Assembly (NCBI GenBank): GCA_964304625.1
Contig: OZ199838.1
Coordinates: 16,021,731-16,085,730, forward strand
DNA: 64,000 nt
Direction: 5' to 3'
From: Kudoa neothunni
Lineage: Eukaryota > Animalia > Cnidaria
This document shows positions 46,179-60,673 of this stretch, one piece after another. The first letter of the stretch is position 1. Each line of letters starts with the position of its first letter. The notes beneath the pieces are model-generated. The model worked only from the letters and a program-made list of their open reading frames with translations. It ran no database searches and was not told where the DNA came from. The translations under genes were made by a program, and so were the position numbers.

Positions 46179-49100
46179 ATGGACATACAGAATAGTGCTC
46201 CAAACACTTCGTCATCCCCGTTAGTTTATTTTGTAGCAGGTGTGGGTGGTGGATTCACATCGACCATTTTGCTCCATCCAATTGATTTTTTAAAAGTTCG
46301 AATGCAGCGTATATTTATTATTTGTTGGGGATGAGTGTAAGTTGAGTGTGTTTTCAGTTAGCACCACTCCACAGACTTACAAACAGCTGAGTTGCACCGT
46401 CTTTCAAAAATATGGAATTAGAGGATTGTACAGGGTGATCAAAGTTGTGTATAGGACCTAAAATGTAATTATGTGTTAAAGGGAGCTTTTGCCAATGTGT
46501 TGGGTAATAGTATCGCTTGGGGATCCTATATGTTTGTATACAATGGGATGCAGCAAATATTACGCCAACAATTTGAGCTTCCTCCACCGCCTACATCTAT
46601 ATCAACTTCTGTTAATATGCTGGCTGCATTTTTGGCGGGTAAACTTTTTGTTTTTTATCCACCTCAAATAATTATATTAATGTATGTAGGATTTTCCACA
46701 GTGTACATATCCAATCCCATGTGGGTGATTAAAGTTAGAATGTGTCAAACAGACCGGTCCAATCAACAATATATCACTTTCACTCGTACACTATACTACA
46801 CATATCTGTATTTATAGCTGTTTGTAGAAAGTGTGAAAACAATTTCAAATTATGAAGGTATAAGAGGTTTCTATAAGGTAATTTTCGTTCATTCTATTCG
46901 CGTAATTATTCATGGATTTTAATTCGACAATTTATGCTTATTAAAATCTATCATTGATATATCATACTTATAACACTTAATTCAATATAATCCAAAAAAA
47001 TATCGCCGTTTTAATTATACTTGATGGATTAATTTATTAATTTTTTCTGTAAACGGTCAATTTTGTTATTATCAAACCACTGATTTTATTGAGAAATTCC
47101 GAAATCCTTTAGAAACTTAATTGAGGTTATTAATATGCTTCATTATTTGATTTAAAATTATAAAATAATTAAAATTGTCTCAATCACGCCATTTTCGCCA
47201 GTATTCTCGTGGTTGGTTCTTAAAAAATTTGTTAGTTCTGAAAATTAGCAATAATGCGATATTTTTATCTGAACAATAAAAACTTATTGCAGCGATGTTT
47301 CTTTAGTAATTCATTTATTAACTAAAGATTTATATAAAAAATGACAATTGATATAAAAATATTTTTCTATAAAATAAATTAGGGAAATTAGCCAGCATGC
47401 CGAAGTTATGAGGGGCATGTGGCTGGATTTTTAATGAATCCGTGCTCAATGCACATAGATTTATCGCCTTTAATATAGTTTATTGCTCATGTTCTTTGAT
47501 CAACAAAGACTCTTTATTCTTTTTTACTCAATTGGGGGTTTGAACTAGAAGATTGATTAAAACAGATTCATTTTTTATTAAATTCAAAGATTTCTTTATG
47601 CTGGTTGTTGGAATTGAATTTTGGGGCTTGTCGAACAAGGCTAAGATGTTATGTTTGACGGATTGTGGCCAAAACTCTCGAAGAAAGTGTTGACCGCTGT
47701 TTAAATCAGTTTCCTTTTAATCAGAATTCTTTTTATTATATACGATAAATTCATTTAATGAGGAAATGTCAATAAGCACTATGAATAGCCGAAAAAACCA
47801 TCTTCTAGTTGCTCTTGAACATGTGTACAGCTTTGTGAATTTATTTCCATTATCCACTCCTCCTTTAGTTTGGTTATAATGAATAATAATATAATGCTTT
47901 TTTGACTCCTTCAACCTAATTGTCATTGTATTCAGTGGGAAGAAGATATTTGTTTATACCTTTCTTAGGAAGGTAGGATACCATTAGCAAATCTCCAGGG
48001 AAACAAAGCTTGAATAACTCTGTTTCGAGATTTTTCAAGCTCAATAACTTTGGTGGAATGTAACAATTATTTTCTCCTACTGCACCTTTAAAAAATGAGG
48101 ACCCTTTTAAGCAAAAATGAAGCAAGAGGAACATTCGTGACAGAATTATCAGTTGTGGTGTTGATACCTCAGTATTGCTCCGTGATATTGAGAAATGAGG
48201 TCTTTTACTACTCTTTCTCCATGTTTTATTGATCTATCTATTCCATTCAACTTCCCCAATATATGGCTGGATATTGAGGAAATAATATGTAGCCATATCT
48301 GTGGCTGCCCACAAATTCAAACCATTGCATGCATTTTTCTTTTCATAAAAATACGAATAGAGCAATAGTTTTCACCCTGCCATCCGTTCATCATTAATAA
48401 TTCGGTTTTTTAATCATGGAAATGATAAATTCATAAGGTCTGGAATTTCTGGGATGGGCTCGGACTTATCTTCACGAATGTTTATGATTGATAACCTGGT
48501 TTTTGTATTGTATTATACAATATATTAGATTAAAAATATCTCTCGATATATTATAGACTACGAGAATGAAAACTTTCTTTAAACTCGGGATTTGTATTTT
48601 TTTGTTTTAAGGACACCTTTGATCCGTTACATCTTATAGAAATAATTAAAACTCTAAAAAACGTTTAATTCTTCCGTCGATATGTTTTTCTCATTAATAT
48701 GTCGGACGTCTTCATGGATATATTTCTTTGAATAGTACAAGACTTTCCCAAAAACAATATCTGGCAAAAATGACACATAAGAATCTAGAACAGATTCAAC
48801 ATGGAGAGCTTCTCCTGAGTCTCGTGCTGAAAGTAACAAGGTTGTGAGTACGTTCTTTTTTAGTTATTACTTGTATCTTTCTTTATTCGAGATTGGTGAT
48901 TTATTTATTTTCTCATATTTAACTGATGATTCGGAAGAATTAAGAATGTTATTTTAAGACGGAGCGTCCGATATGAATCCTTCGAATCCTAGGTGACTGT
49001 CGTAAATTTCGTCATTAATCAAAAAGTCAGAATCATCAGTCGACAAACTCAATAAAGATTTGTATTGACGTATATATCATTGATATAATCTTATGATATA

Positions 49101-52100
49101 CTTTAGACCCGGCAACCAATAATCCTTATTTGATCCATATGATATGTCGACATTCGTAAATTTATATTTTAAAATAACTGAATTTATTATAATTAACTTC
49201 TTATTTAAAATTATTAATTAATTTTGTGTAATATTTTATATTTGGAGATAATAAAAAGCTAAAATGAAATTTAACAAAACTGAAGTTAGAAAGTGTTGCA
49301 TACGTTAATAAAATAGACGTATCTACTAACAAGGATTCGATACAGTTACGTTGATTATATAAGTAAAAGTTTAAACTCTTTTTTGATGGTAAAAAATCTG
49401 AAGCTCTAATTTGGTTTGAATTGTACCAAAAAAGAGGAAATATCTAAATTGGGATCCAGAATGATTACGCCCCCCCCCTCCGGGGCGATTTTATTGAAAA
49501 AGCATTGTCATAATTAATTTTATGAGTTATCTTTTTTGTCTCGATCCCTTCTCACACCAACTTGGCCTGTATTTCCTGCTTTGCACCTTGCCTAATATAC
49601 GCCATAGAAACACTTCTTAAGGCACCTTAAAAACGACTAATGTTGACAACAAGTCAAATTGGCGATTATTATACATATCCAACACTCTGTTAGCTAGTAA
49701 TTTATATTTACTCAAAGATAGTGGGTGTCTCACAATACATTTAATATGCATTGTATGCAGCAATATCTAAGATATATATATAAAAGATTGCCATCTTATT
49801 GTCTTCCCCTTTTTATGATAAATATCTTAGCACTAGATCAACAGTGTTGTCAACCCTAAATTGTGGTATTGTAGTAAATGACAACATCGAACCTTGTTTC
49901 CACCAATTATTGCATCTCTATGAAGTGTTGTTGTAAAAACAACAGACTATTTTTTTATTTGGTTAATTATATTTATCGACTGTGATTTTTCTCACAATAA
50001 AAACTGAACGCTCCATTATTTTCTTTTTACTTCGACATTCAGACTTTAACAATTTTTTTCCAATTTTTCCAGCAATTATCAATTTTTTATCTAGTAAGTG
50101 TTGTATTTGCGCGAAGAAACTATCACTGTTAATAATAATATATGTAGAACTTTATTTGAATAATTATATTAGTAATATCAGAAGCAGCGATAGCTATAAC
50201 ACTGATAATCGCAGTAGTATTGAGGATTTCCGCCCAACAATGTAGTATGTTGTGGGCTAGCGTGGGGCACAGCCTCTGTTCATTGGGGGATTACTACAGT
50301 AAGAATCTTTCAAAGGGATGGATAATGCAGTGAAATAATTATCTGTTGTTATGTTTCGATTTATTTTGAAGGTTGATTGGCACAAGCTTTTTTTATACAC
50401 ATTTCCCCCTTGATGAAATTTTACCTGACTATTTTCCTTCCAATATATATCTCGACACCTAGATAAGTTGCAATTTATCGAGTCATACAATATTCCATAT
50501 TTTTCACAATATTTCCCAGATTTGATTGGGATGTAAACGTTGAATCCGCATCTACCTCTGAATGTCACCAACTTTTCGTGCAGTATTAGTCGTTCATTTG
50601 GGAATAATTGTAATGATAGCTTTCAATATAACGCTCGAAAATTTATCATTCTTAATCTTTCTTTAGGATTATTAAATCTCGTACATGCAGATAATTTATC
50701 AAAAAGAATAATTTACCACATTGTTGTATGGTCACCATATTTAAGTGACCAAAATTCTCACACGCCCATAATTTTCCTATTATTATTCTCATAAGCAAAC
50801 AGCCACCAATTTTTTTCACTAATCATCTGTATAATCAATACAGTATTTCACGATCTTGATGCAAACTATCAGCGCATGAATCTCTTATGTCCAATCGACA
50901 AAAAAAAACACAAAAACTATAATAATGCATTAAATTTATAACGAATGAACAATCTAATCGTTTCTTTCTTCTTTTCTCGGACCTTCTGAAAAATATGATT
51001 TAGAATGTCGAATATAATTTCTGCAGTTGGCTTCAGATACAACTCTTTAGCTCAATTCAATGCTTTTAAGCAAGTCTTTGTGAGTCTATGATGACTTACT
51101 CAATCGGGTTGAGTAAGGTGGCAATAGGAGTAATTTGTGTCCACTATTATGTATAATGCTCATAACATCATCTGTTTTATGGATGGCCACATTATCCATG
51201 ATTATCAACTATTTTTTTGTTTTCTGTAGCCAAATCATCGAAAAGATGGATTAAGAATAAGAAGTCGTCGAAATTTATAGTTTTACACCACCTATATGTA
51301 TATATGTAGCTTGAAAACACATATTTTAATGGTGCTCATTGTCGCAATTAGGGTAATATTTTGCGATCTGATGGTTTTTACTCTTAAGTTTAAGTTGGCC
51401 ATTTTTAAACAAAGAGATCTACCTTGGGATCGACGTGTTGCCAAATAAAACCTGGACTCGTCAATAAAAATCATGTCTATGTACGCCGTTTCAAGGTTTA
51501 TATATTCATTGACGTAACTAAAAAATAATTATTTATGTAAGACAAAGATTTGTTTACTCAAATCTCAAGGAGATTGTTCGAGGGGAGTTCCTATCGGTTG
51601 GGATAAGAGAAACCTTCTTAAGGGTGTAATGAAACTCGTTAAGTGTTCTCTGAATAGTTTGTCTTGATACTTTTAAATTATATCGTTGTGAAACTTTATC
51701 AGCTAATTGGATGAGTGATAATGTGCAATTTTCATCAATCACATGAAGAATGAATTGTTTATGTTCTTCTTTTAATAATGAGCGATGACTGCCACCAGTT
51801 TCCTTTCGACAATAAGAACCAGTCTTATTATATTTTTTTATTCTACTAACTGTAGCCTCGTGTACACCTAGATCACTTGATATTCGTCGATTAGTCATGC
51901 CACTCTATACCATTATTTCATTAACTATATTTTCGAATATTAATACCTTGTGTCTTATTATAATATCCGCTCTGGTTGATGGAGGAGTTAATTTATAGGC
52001 TCTTAAGTTTTTGGAACTATTTTCTTGAATATTTGACAAACACGAATTATCGCTGGATATGAAGCTAAATTTCTCGAAAATTCATCTGTGAATCAATTAT

Positions 52101-55100
52101 CACATTACTTTTCCCAATAATTTAGCGTAAAATCGCAAAGAAAAATAATAATATGAGACTTGAATGAGTTTCACCATCGCCTACGACGAAAACTTGCCTA
52201 TACACGTACGCACATAAATATGTTGGCACGATAAAAGTATTTGAAAGACCAATAAAAATAATAAATTAAATGTATATTTATATACCTACCTATCCAATTT
52301 TCCGATATATATTTTGGAGATTGTTTCATAGTATCGACCGTAATTGGAACAAGCATCTTTAAGTTTTCTTAATTTGTCCTTATATTTTGAGTTTTTATTT
52401 GAGTTTGGATTGCATAACAAACATGTGTCTGTCTACACAAGACTTTTGATTTCTAACAGTTTTGTTAACAAAGATTACCATTCCAGAGTGAGATTGTTCG
52501 AATCGAGCATAAAAGTGATGGTGAAATATTTCGGCAGCATTTGAAGTTAGATCAATGTCTTCCATTATTCCTTCATAGACGTTCCATTGAATACGCTGGC
52601 TGATACTTGAAATTGTTAATATAATTTTTGTCAAAATACTCTATGAATTGTTATACGGAAGAATCATTCGAATAAGAATCGACATAATTGCTTGACAAAT
52701 TGGCGATAAAGCTTGAAAAACCCTATAAAGACAAAAATCAAGGTTATCCTGATGTTTTATAACCAACCCAAGCTTTTGGATTTTTCTCCATATACATTGT
52801 CCAAAATGAAAAAGGTAAAAGTATATATTAGAAGTACTTGATGATTTTTTAAAGGCGATTATAATATTTTTCGGAAATCTGATGTCTTCCCTTTCTTTTA
52901 AGGTACTGAAAACGAACGCATAATATTTTTGCGATTTTCCACTCATTAGAACATAAATAAGTGGGAAAATTTTATAGAACACTTTTCCGTGAATTATATC
53001 CAGCTGTTCAAATTCTTCTGGAGCTACTTTGAATGTGTCATCACAGGTCCATGTTTCGCAATTATTCAAATGAACAATATTTGCATTTGTAGCGAAAATA
53101 ACCATTCTGTTTGTTATCAGATAGGGAACCAGAGTCAAATAAACAAAATTTCTCTTGTCTATGGGTCAAGATATTTTGTTCACATAAATTAGTTTTCATA
53201 TCAACAAGAATATTTTTTCTTGTTCTAACGTTTTGAATATTCTTCTTGTTAATGATAGGCAACTCGTTGATTTTTTGTTTCATTATCGTTAATGAATAAA
53301 CTTTATTTGTTGGGTAGTGGCCATTTTCAGAAAGACATTTTATGTCATCATCCAAAATCTTTTTTTTCAATTTCTTCATCAGAAACAACGTGATTGTGGA
53401 AACTTTATTCCTGAATAATTTGAATGTTATCAATAGGACTAGTGGACAACCTTCCTTTACAGTTTCTTATGTCACATCTCCAGTATTGAATATTTGTTTA
53501 ATCCAAATTCTTGACATAATAAAACCTCTATAAAAGATTATATCTTTTCCCGTTGAATTTTTAATATAATAAAATCTGTTTGTTTTTTTATTGGTTCATC
53601 CATGGAAATACTAACTAAACAAAGTTAAGAACAAACAAAAATGCGGGAAATTAGATCGCACGGTGCTCGTCCCTGTAGACGAGTTTTCGTCATATCATCA
53701 TCGCATTATTTTCTCCAATAATTTAGCATACAATCGCAAGGAAAAATAGTAATATGAATCTTGAATGAGTTTCATCATACCCCCCTTAGAAGATTTTTCT
53801 TGTGTAAATTGATAGGAATACCATCGAAGGATTCTTCTAAGATTTAACCAAATTAAGACTTAATTAAACCAGTAATTACAATTCATTTACAATAAATATT
53901 TAAATCGCGAGCTAGAGTAATCTTATATGATTTTTATTGACGAGTTCTGGTTTTATTTGGCAACACGTCGATCCCAAGGTAGATCTCTTTGTTTAAAAAT
54001 GGCCAACTTAAACTTAAGAGTAAAAACCATCAGATCGCAAAATATTACCCTAATTGCGACAATGAGCACCATTAAAATATGTGTTTTCAAGCTACATATA
54101 TACATATAGGTGGTGTAAAACTATAAATTTCGACGACTTCTTATTCTTAATCCAACTTTTCGATGATTTGGCTACATAAAACAAAAATTAGTTGATAACC
54201 ATGGATAATGTGGCCATCCATAAAACAGATGATGTTATGAGCATTATACATAATAGTGGACACAAATTACTCCTATTGCCACCTTACTCAACCCGATTGA
54301 GTAAGTCATCATAAACTCACAGACTTGCTTTAATGCATTGAATAGAGCCAAAGAGTTGTATCTCTAGCCAATTGCAGAAATTATATTCGACATTCTAAAT
54401 CATATTTTTCAGAAGGTCCGAGAAAAGAAAAATAAACGATTAGAATGCTCATTCGTTATAAATTTAATGCATTATTATAGTTTTTGTGTTTTTTTTTGTC
54501 GATTGGACATAAGTGCTACACGCGCTGATCGTGTAATACTATATTTGCTCTTTTTAAAATATTTATTTGTTAATTTAGTAATTAATCAAATATTTTTCGT
54601 TGCCATGGAAATTGAAAAACATTAAAGTGGATTTTTGCAATTTTTAGTGCGTTGTTTTTAGGCGGGGTTTACTTTTTAATGTTCCCTGATATATTTTTAT
54701 TGTTCAGACCATTTTTCTCCATCGATCAACGTCAGCGTGTGAATGACCTCGTCATGATTATCAATTTTATTTTCGGAACCATAATAATCTGACTTAAAGT
54801 CCTCAATTATACAATCTCTAGAATAAGCATAATGTTTTTAAAAGTGGAGACCTCATTCAGTTAAGACAGAGGCTATTTGCACTGTAAAATTTAATCCTAA
54901 ACGACTTTTCCGCTTGTGCAATGAGAATTTTTAATCTCAACAATTCCAAGTTACAAGCCGGTTACAAATTTAATTTTTTAGAATCTGTTATATTTAATTA
55001 TTTCTGGCTTACCGATCCGATTTTATTGGTTAGAAATAATTAAATATAGTTAAAATTAATGGCGCCTGGATATGTTTTTCCGTGAAAAGAAAATAGCCAT

Positions 55101-56142
55101 TTTAAGTATTACCATTAGGCTACATCTCCAAATAACAAACGATGCACAAAAGAAAGGAACTGACTGTAGTTTTATAAATAGTTAATAAATACTTATTTGT
55201 AGAAACATTTTAAAAATTTCCAGCAACTTCTTATTGGGTTTAATACCCCCTACATAATATTATTCAGAGAACATCCTTAAGGAAGTCACAAACTAAAGTA
55301 TGCATAAATTGTGCCTATCTAATTTTAGCGTCATTTAAAATTTACCCCCGATCTAGAATCCCTGACTTAGGCATAAAAGATATCATTTGATCTGAATATA
55401 TAAATTAAATTATATAAATATGTGGATGTATAATGTTAAAAATTTGTTATAAAATAACACAAAAATTTCATTCAATGTCATCATGAATATAATTTAATTT
55501 GTTTCTTATAGGGATGCATCCCAGGAATTTTATCAACTACTCATGGCTGCTTTATGATGACGTTCTATCAACAAGTCAAATGGTATCTATTACAAATAAA
55601 AATTCAATCACCAAACGACCAAAACATCGAGAATCTTCAACTAGTAAAATATACGTTTTTCCAACCCCAAGAAACCCCATGACATCTTACGGTAGGATTG
55701 GAAGGAGATCTTAATTGCATCATCGTTGTCCAAAACAGGCGCCACCGCACTTACTTACCCACTTCAAATGATTAGAACTAGGTTACAGGTATTTATCCTA
55801 TCTAATTTGCGAACTAACTAATTTCAATTGTCGCCAATTATCTAGAACACCAACCAAAACTACACCGGTATTATAGATGTGGTCACAAAAACATTAAGGT
55901 ATCTATCTTTCCTATTTAAGGTGCGATTATCTGTATTGCTTAATTCCCATAGGGAAGAATCCATATTTGGTTTATACAAAGGTCTCTTGGCAAGCATGAT
56001 AAGGTTTATTTGACAATATACAATTTTAAACCACACACATTATCACTTCTTTAAATTTAGATTGACACCAGCTTCATGCATCACATTCATCACATACGAA
56101 GCATTGATAAAAGCATTAGAAAAAACTATGCAGTCGTTTTGA
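46179..56142 (+). CDS. SLC25A32: Mitochondrial folate/FAD carrier-like (SLC25)
   Basis: Three carrier motifs (HPIDFLKVRMQ, NPMWVIKVRM, YPLQMIRTRLQ), AWGSYMFVYN, EGIRGFYK|GCIPGILSTTHG and RLTPASCITFITYE; 10 exons, intron 46878-55511 is 8634 nt. Confidence 0.88.
47400..49150 (-). mobile_element. Decayed piggyBac transposase (intronic)
   Basis: GLNLWAATDMATYYFLNIQPYIG, TTTDNSVT, HYNQTKGGVDN...YTCSRATRRW...LIDISSLN motifs; boundaries approximate. Confidence 0.8.
50841..54541. mobile_element. Tc1/IS630-like foldback composite with ~620-bp inverted arms
   Basis: TA|CAGTATTTCACGATC... and ...GATCGTGTAATACTA|TA; arms 50841-51474 and 53927-54541 are near-identical inverted copies; transposase on - strand (HTH ORF 51554-51898, IFIDES, IIMDNVAIHK, PYSTRLS relic). 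Confidence 0.9.
52178..53697 (-). mobile_element. MULE (Mutator-like) transposon, decayed
   Basis: TIR pair TACGACGAAAACTTGCCTA / TAGACGAGTTTTCGTCATA; transposase motifs WTCDDTFKVAP..FEQL.IIHG, FHFGQCIWRKIQKLGL, TSNAAEIFH. Confidence 0.88.
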
Positions 56143-56229
56143 ATAAAAGTTTTTTAATATAATTTATTCTTCCTGGTTTTGCACTGGCAATCCATCGCGT
56201 ATTTTCTGGTGTTGATCTTGGATACTATA

Positions 56230-56280
<51 letters not shown>

Positions 56281-59200
56281 GTATTAGATTGTGGAAACTA
56301 TGAAATATCTATTCTATTTACCCGATTTGAGAAGTAGTTTCCGTTGAGAAGATTTAAATTTCTGTACATTTTATTTGTCTATACATAGATCGGTATTAGA
56401 TTTAAATTAATGAAAAACTGCAGTTGTGACTTACACATGATGGATCAATCGATAACGAGCATTTCTTGAGGTATCTATCCATATAGTCTTTAAAGTCATG
56501 TGGACGATCCGAAAACGATTTGTAATTGGAGAGAATAGTTTTTATTGCCCCTAATGAGCGGCCTTTTAACAAATCCATCTTACTTAGGTGAGAGAACGCA
56601 GACTTCCGAACAGCAGGTGCATGTGCATGCAGTTTACAGCTTACAGCTTACATATGCTGTTTAGCACTCAACCGATACCAACCGAAATTTGTTTATTTTT
56701 GGTTAAAATATTATTTACTTCATTACACTACAATAAGTGTTCTTATTTATGTGAGATATAGTAATTTATTGTAACGAAAAATGACTTTAATATGATAAAT
56801 AATACGTGGATCATTAAAAGGATTATGCGAGGTGGCTCAATTATTTTAATTTTTAAGTAAGCAGTAATTTAAATAATATTTAATTTCTAGATTTATCGAG
56901 TTATTAATTTATTAATTTTATTGAGATTTCGAGATTGTTGCGGAATCTTATTAACTTTTCTTATCAGTTTTGATAATTGTGCGTGCGCATGATATGTTTA
57001 AAAATTCGGTTTTTATTTAAAAATTATTAAATGAGATATTAAAAAAAAAAAAATTGATAAAAGTTGAATCCGCTTTTTCAAATAAGGGTTTCAACTATGA
57101 CATGTTGATTTTTGCGTTCACGTTTTACCCCTTCCTTCTTGTGCTAGTTAAAACTCTACGTTACAACCGATATCTAATTTTTTTATATGCGTAAAAAATA
57201 ATCTCAATGAGAAATGCCTCAAAATTATACTATTATTATTTTAATTGATATTTAAATTTATGGATTTTACTAAATTTTTGTAAAATGTGCAAATCGAAAA
57301 TCGATATACTGATATTTCTTATTGAAGTATATTTTCTGTACATAATTTAAGGACGAAAATTATCTTTTGCTGACTCAACATTAAATAATTGAAGCTATTG
57401 TCTATTTCTGCTTACACATATTTTTATGCGGAGTAATAAATAATTTAAATGAAAAAATATGATTATAATTATTGAAAAATATTAGTAACAAAAAATAATT
57501 AATTATCGAAATAAAAATTATAATGGCTTAATCATGCTATTTACTTAATGAAGTCAAATTGCCTATGTCAAATAAAAATAATCATGCATACCATCTTGCT
57601 CTCTAATAGACCAAATAGTTTCTTTATTATATATAGAGTCACATTTTAATTAAAATTTTGAGGTAGTGGATTAAAAAAATTTAATATAAATTGTTCGATT
57701 TGATATTTGTGTATTTAATTGTATAAATGGAAGTTTGGACCTTCTTTGTAACAACTTTTTAAAAGATAGCCAAATCCAACCCCTTTGCCTTTGTAAGGGA
57801 AGCACGAAACTAGGCGCTACAAAAAATGTGTTAAAATTATTAATGATATACACAATATTTTAAATTTTAAGATATGTTTACTTTTAAAAAATAAACTTTA
57901 TAAAATATAATTATTCAATTGATTATTGTATATCAACTGTATTATTTACACCTACCTATCTATTTAAATAAATTATCTGTTGACCTGTGAGTCTTTTGAA
58001 GCGTAGATTCAACATAAAAATCTAAAAGTATAGTATACTTGTATGGGCGTGAATATTTAAAGTAAAAAATAATTAAAAACAATCACTGAATTGCAAAGAA
58101 TATCATTTTTGGTGTAAATTTAAAGAATAAATCGATTGATAATTTAAATGTAATTTTTTATCTTACCTATTTTTCTTTTGTTTGAATAATAAATCTGATG
58201 AATTGATTATTTAGAATTAAATGCCGAATTCCTTTATAAGTAATGTGAATTCTGTTTTTATAGTTCCCTTTAGGCATATTAATGTTTTTTAAAACTTAAT
58301 TTTGATAATTATCACAAAACAAATTTCTAAAAATGTGTCGCGTGCCTAAACGTTTAATTGCATAATTAGCCATATTTTGATAAAATAGTGAATTATTTTT
58401 GTATCCTTATAGTAATATCGATAACGAAATATTTTATTAGGTTTTTAAATTTACAAAATTTAAAAAATAATCCTAATATAAATTTTTTTACTATTATTTG
58501 ATATGTACTCTCCTCACACACGTTAACTATGTTAACTATGTTAACATGGGAGTGATAATTTTTATTTTCTATTCACTCTCATTAAACAAAAACTAGATAT
58601 ATCGTGATACAGACCAAAATCATCAAAAGTAAGCAACTTAACCCTCTAATGTAATGGTTTTGGGGTAAATTTTACTCCAAAATGATTTTATTAATGGTAT
58701 AGTATATCATTTTTTACAGTAAACCAATACCTAATAGATTCCAGTTATTGTTCTACTATAATTTTTTCACTGGTTTGATGAGAAAATTTTTTGCAAGAAA
58801 TTATTGTATAAGTTTTTATTTTTATTTTATCTTGTAATGTTCTTTGCGGTAAAATTTTCTCCATGTTTTTTTCGATTATAAATATTTCAAAAAATGTGAA
58901 CAATTTCGACTTTAATTATACTGAAATTCCTATGAGTAGATTTAGTATAAAGTAAGGAAATGTTAGATAAATTAATTAATGCGCATGTGCTAATTTAACG
59001 ATTTTATCGAGGAATTTTGTTTATCAGAGAATGAATATCACGTGATTGAGAAAAATTTCTTCTTTTCGATGTTTCTTGCTTAAATTTTTTTTAAAATATT
59101 GATCTTAATGAGACATGTGGGGAAAAACTAAAGTGATACCACTATGCCCCCAATCCCCCAATCATCATCAAATTTAACCTGTTGTGGCTGTATTTTTGAT

Positions 59201-59556
59201 TTCCCTAAAATATATATTTAGGTATCATATGATTCCAATAAATAAAAATGCGTGATTTTCATAATGAAATCGCTGAATAATTATACAAAACATTGTTGGA
59301 AACAATCAAAACAGGTTCTATCATAGTTTAAACTTCCCAACAGGAACCTCTTCTTAATGTATAGCGAACAACATGTGGATATAGTGAGAGGAAAATTGAT
59401 GAAAAATCTCCTCAATCGCGCGAATACTGTTATAAATTTTATTGTCCATGTCACGCATTTAAAAACTGTTTTAACTTCTCGTATCTATCAATAATTCTTC
59501 TTATGTTTTGTTTTAATATTTCAACTGGCGCAACACGTTAAATTCCGTTGCATTAA

Positions 59557-60575
59557 CCCTTTGAACCCCGAATTTAATTCAGTGAAAGAAAAATTTTTTT
59601 TGCCTATTCTGTTAAATTTTAAATAACATTATATAAAATACCGAAAATTGAAGCACTCATATCATACATTAAAAAGATACACGTATGATGCCAAATGGCA
59701 ACATTGAGACAGCGCTTATTTCAAAGTGCGGGAGTGCACACGTGTCTGTTTTTATGTTACTTTGTTTTAAACCAAAAAGTTATTCTTCCACCATCACCAT
59801 CACTATCACCATCAGAAATGAAATATTAAATTATTTATTACAACTTTAATGGTCTTAAAGAAGTTTCTGTTTTAAATGAGATACAACTGTATATTATAAT
59901 TAATGCAAATATGTTCAAATAATCTATGATTGAAGAATTGGTTGAAATAAGTGAAACCTTCAAATATGATATGTTCAGCTTGTTCAAAAATATCAGCCGT
60001 TTCAACATTATTGTTTATTTAATTTTTTGCGTTCATTGTCTAATTAAAACGGTAGTCATCTTAATCCACATCACTAGAACTGTATTCGAATACAACACCA
60101 TCATACTGACTATACGACATGGAATCCGATTCCAGTCCAAGGTCTGATTTATGCCCACCTGGTAATAATATGAATTTTTAAAAGTATGATCTATTTATTA
60201 CTCACCCCCATTCTAGTTAGAATCCATTCCAAAGAATATAAACATACTTAAATTGAGGACCCAATATTATACATATCAAAACATAACTTCTATTCTTGGA
60301 TTCATTTTTAGAATAAACTTATTTAACACTATATGTGTATATTTTTTAATTTTACTGAAACCTCAAATTTCCAAGTTTAATTGCATGATACTTTTGGCCT
60401 TTTTTATATTTGCCGTATAGCTAGATATTCATCTATATTGCTCTTGATATATAACACAAATTTTTATAATTGATTTATATAAAATCAAATTAGCGTTAAC
60501 TATATTATTATAATACAGATAAATTTAACTAAAAAATTGAAATATTGCCATTTGGCAACATTATGGCTCAAAGGG
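59557..60575. mobile_element. piggyBac-type MITE
   Basis: TTAA|CCCTTTGA... and ...TCAAAGGG|TTAA. Confidence 0.85.
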
Positions 60576-60673
60576 TTAACGCAATAAATTTTTTTAATAT
60601 ACCATCGATTTTTACCGATATAAGACGGATCATAAGCAAAGTCGAGTATCACATGGATTACGTCTAAATATAA

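Larger units (their letters stand above)
49650..55370 (-). mobile_element. Second decayed piggyBac, split by the Tc1 composite
   Basis: FRGRCGFNVYIPIKSGKY and RNITTDNYFT left of 50840; N-terminal KNPL*CFSI...TKLTNKY relic right of 54543; outer limits approximate. Confidence 0.65.
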
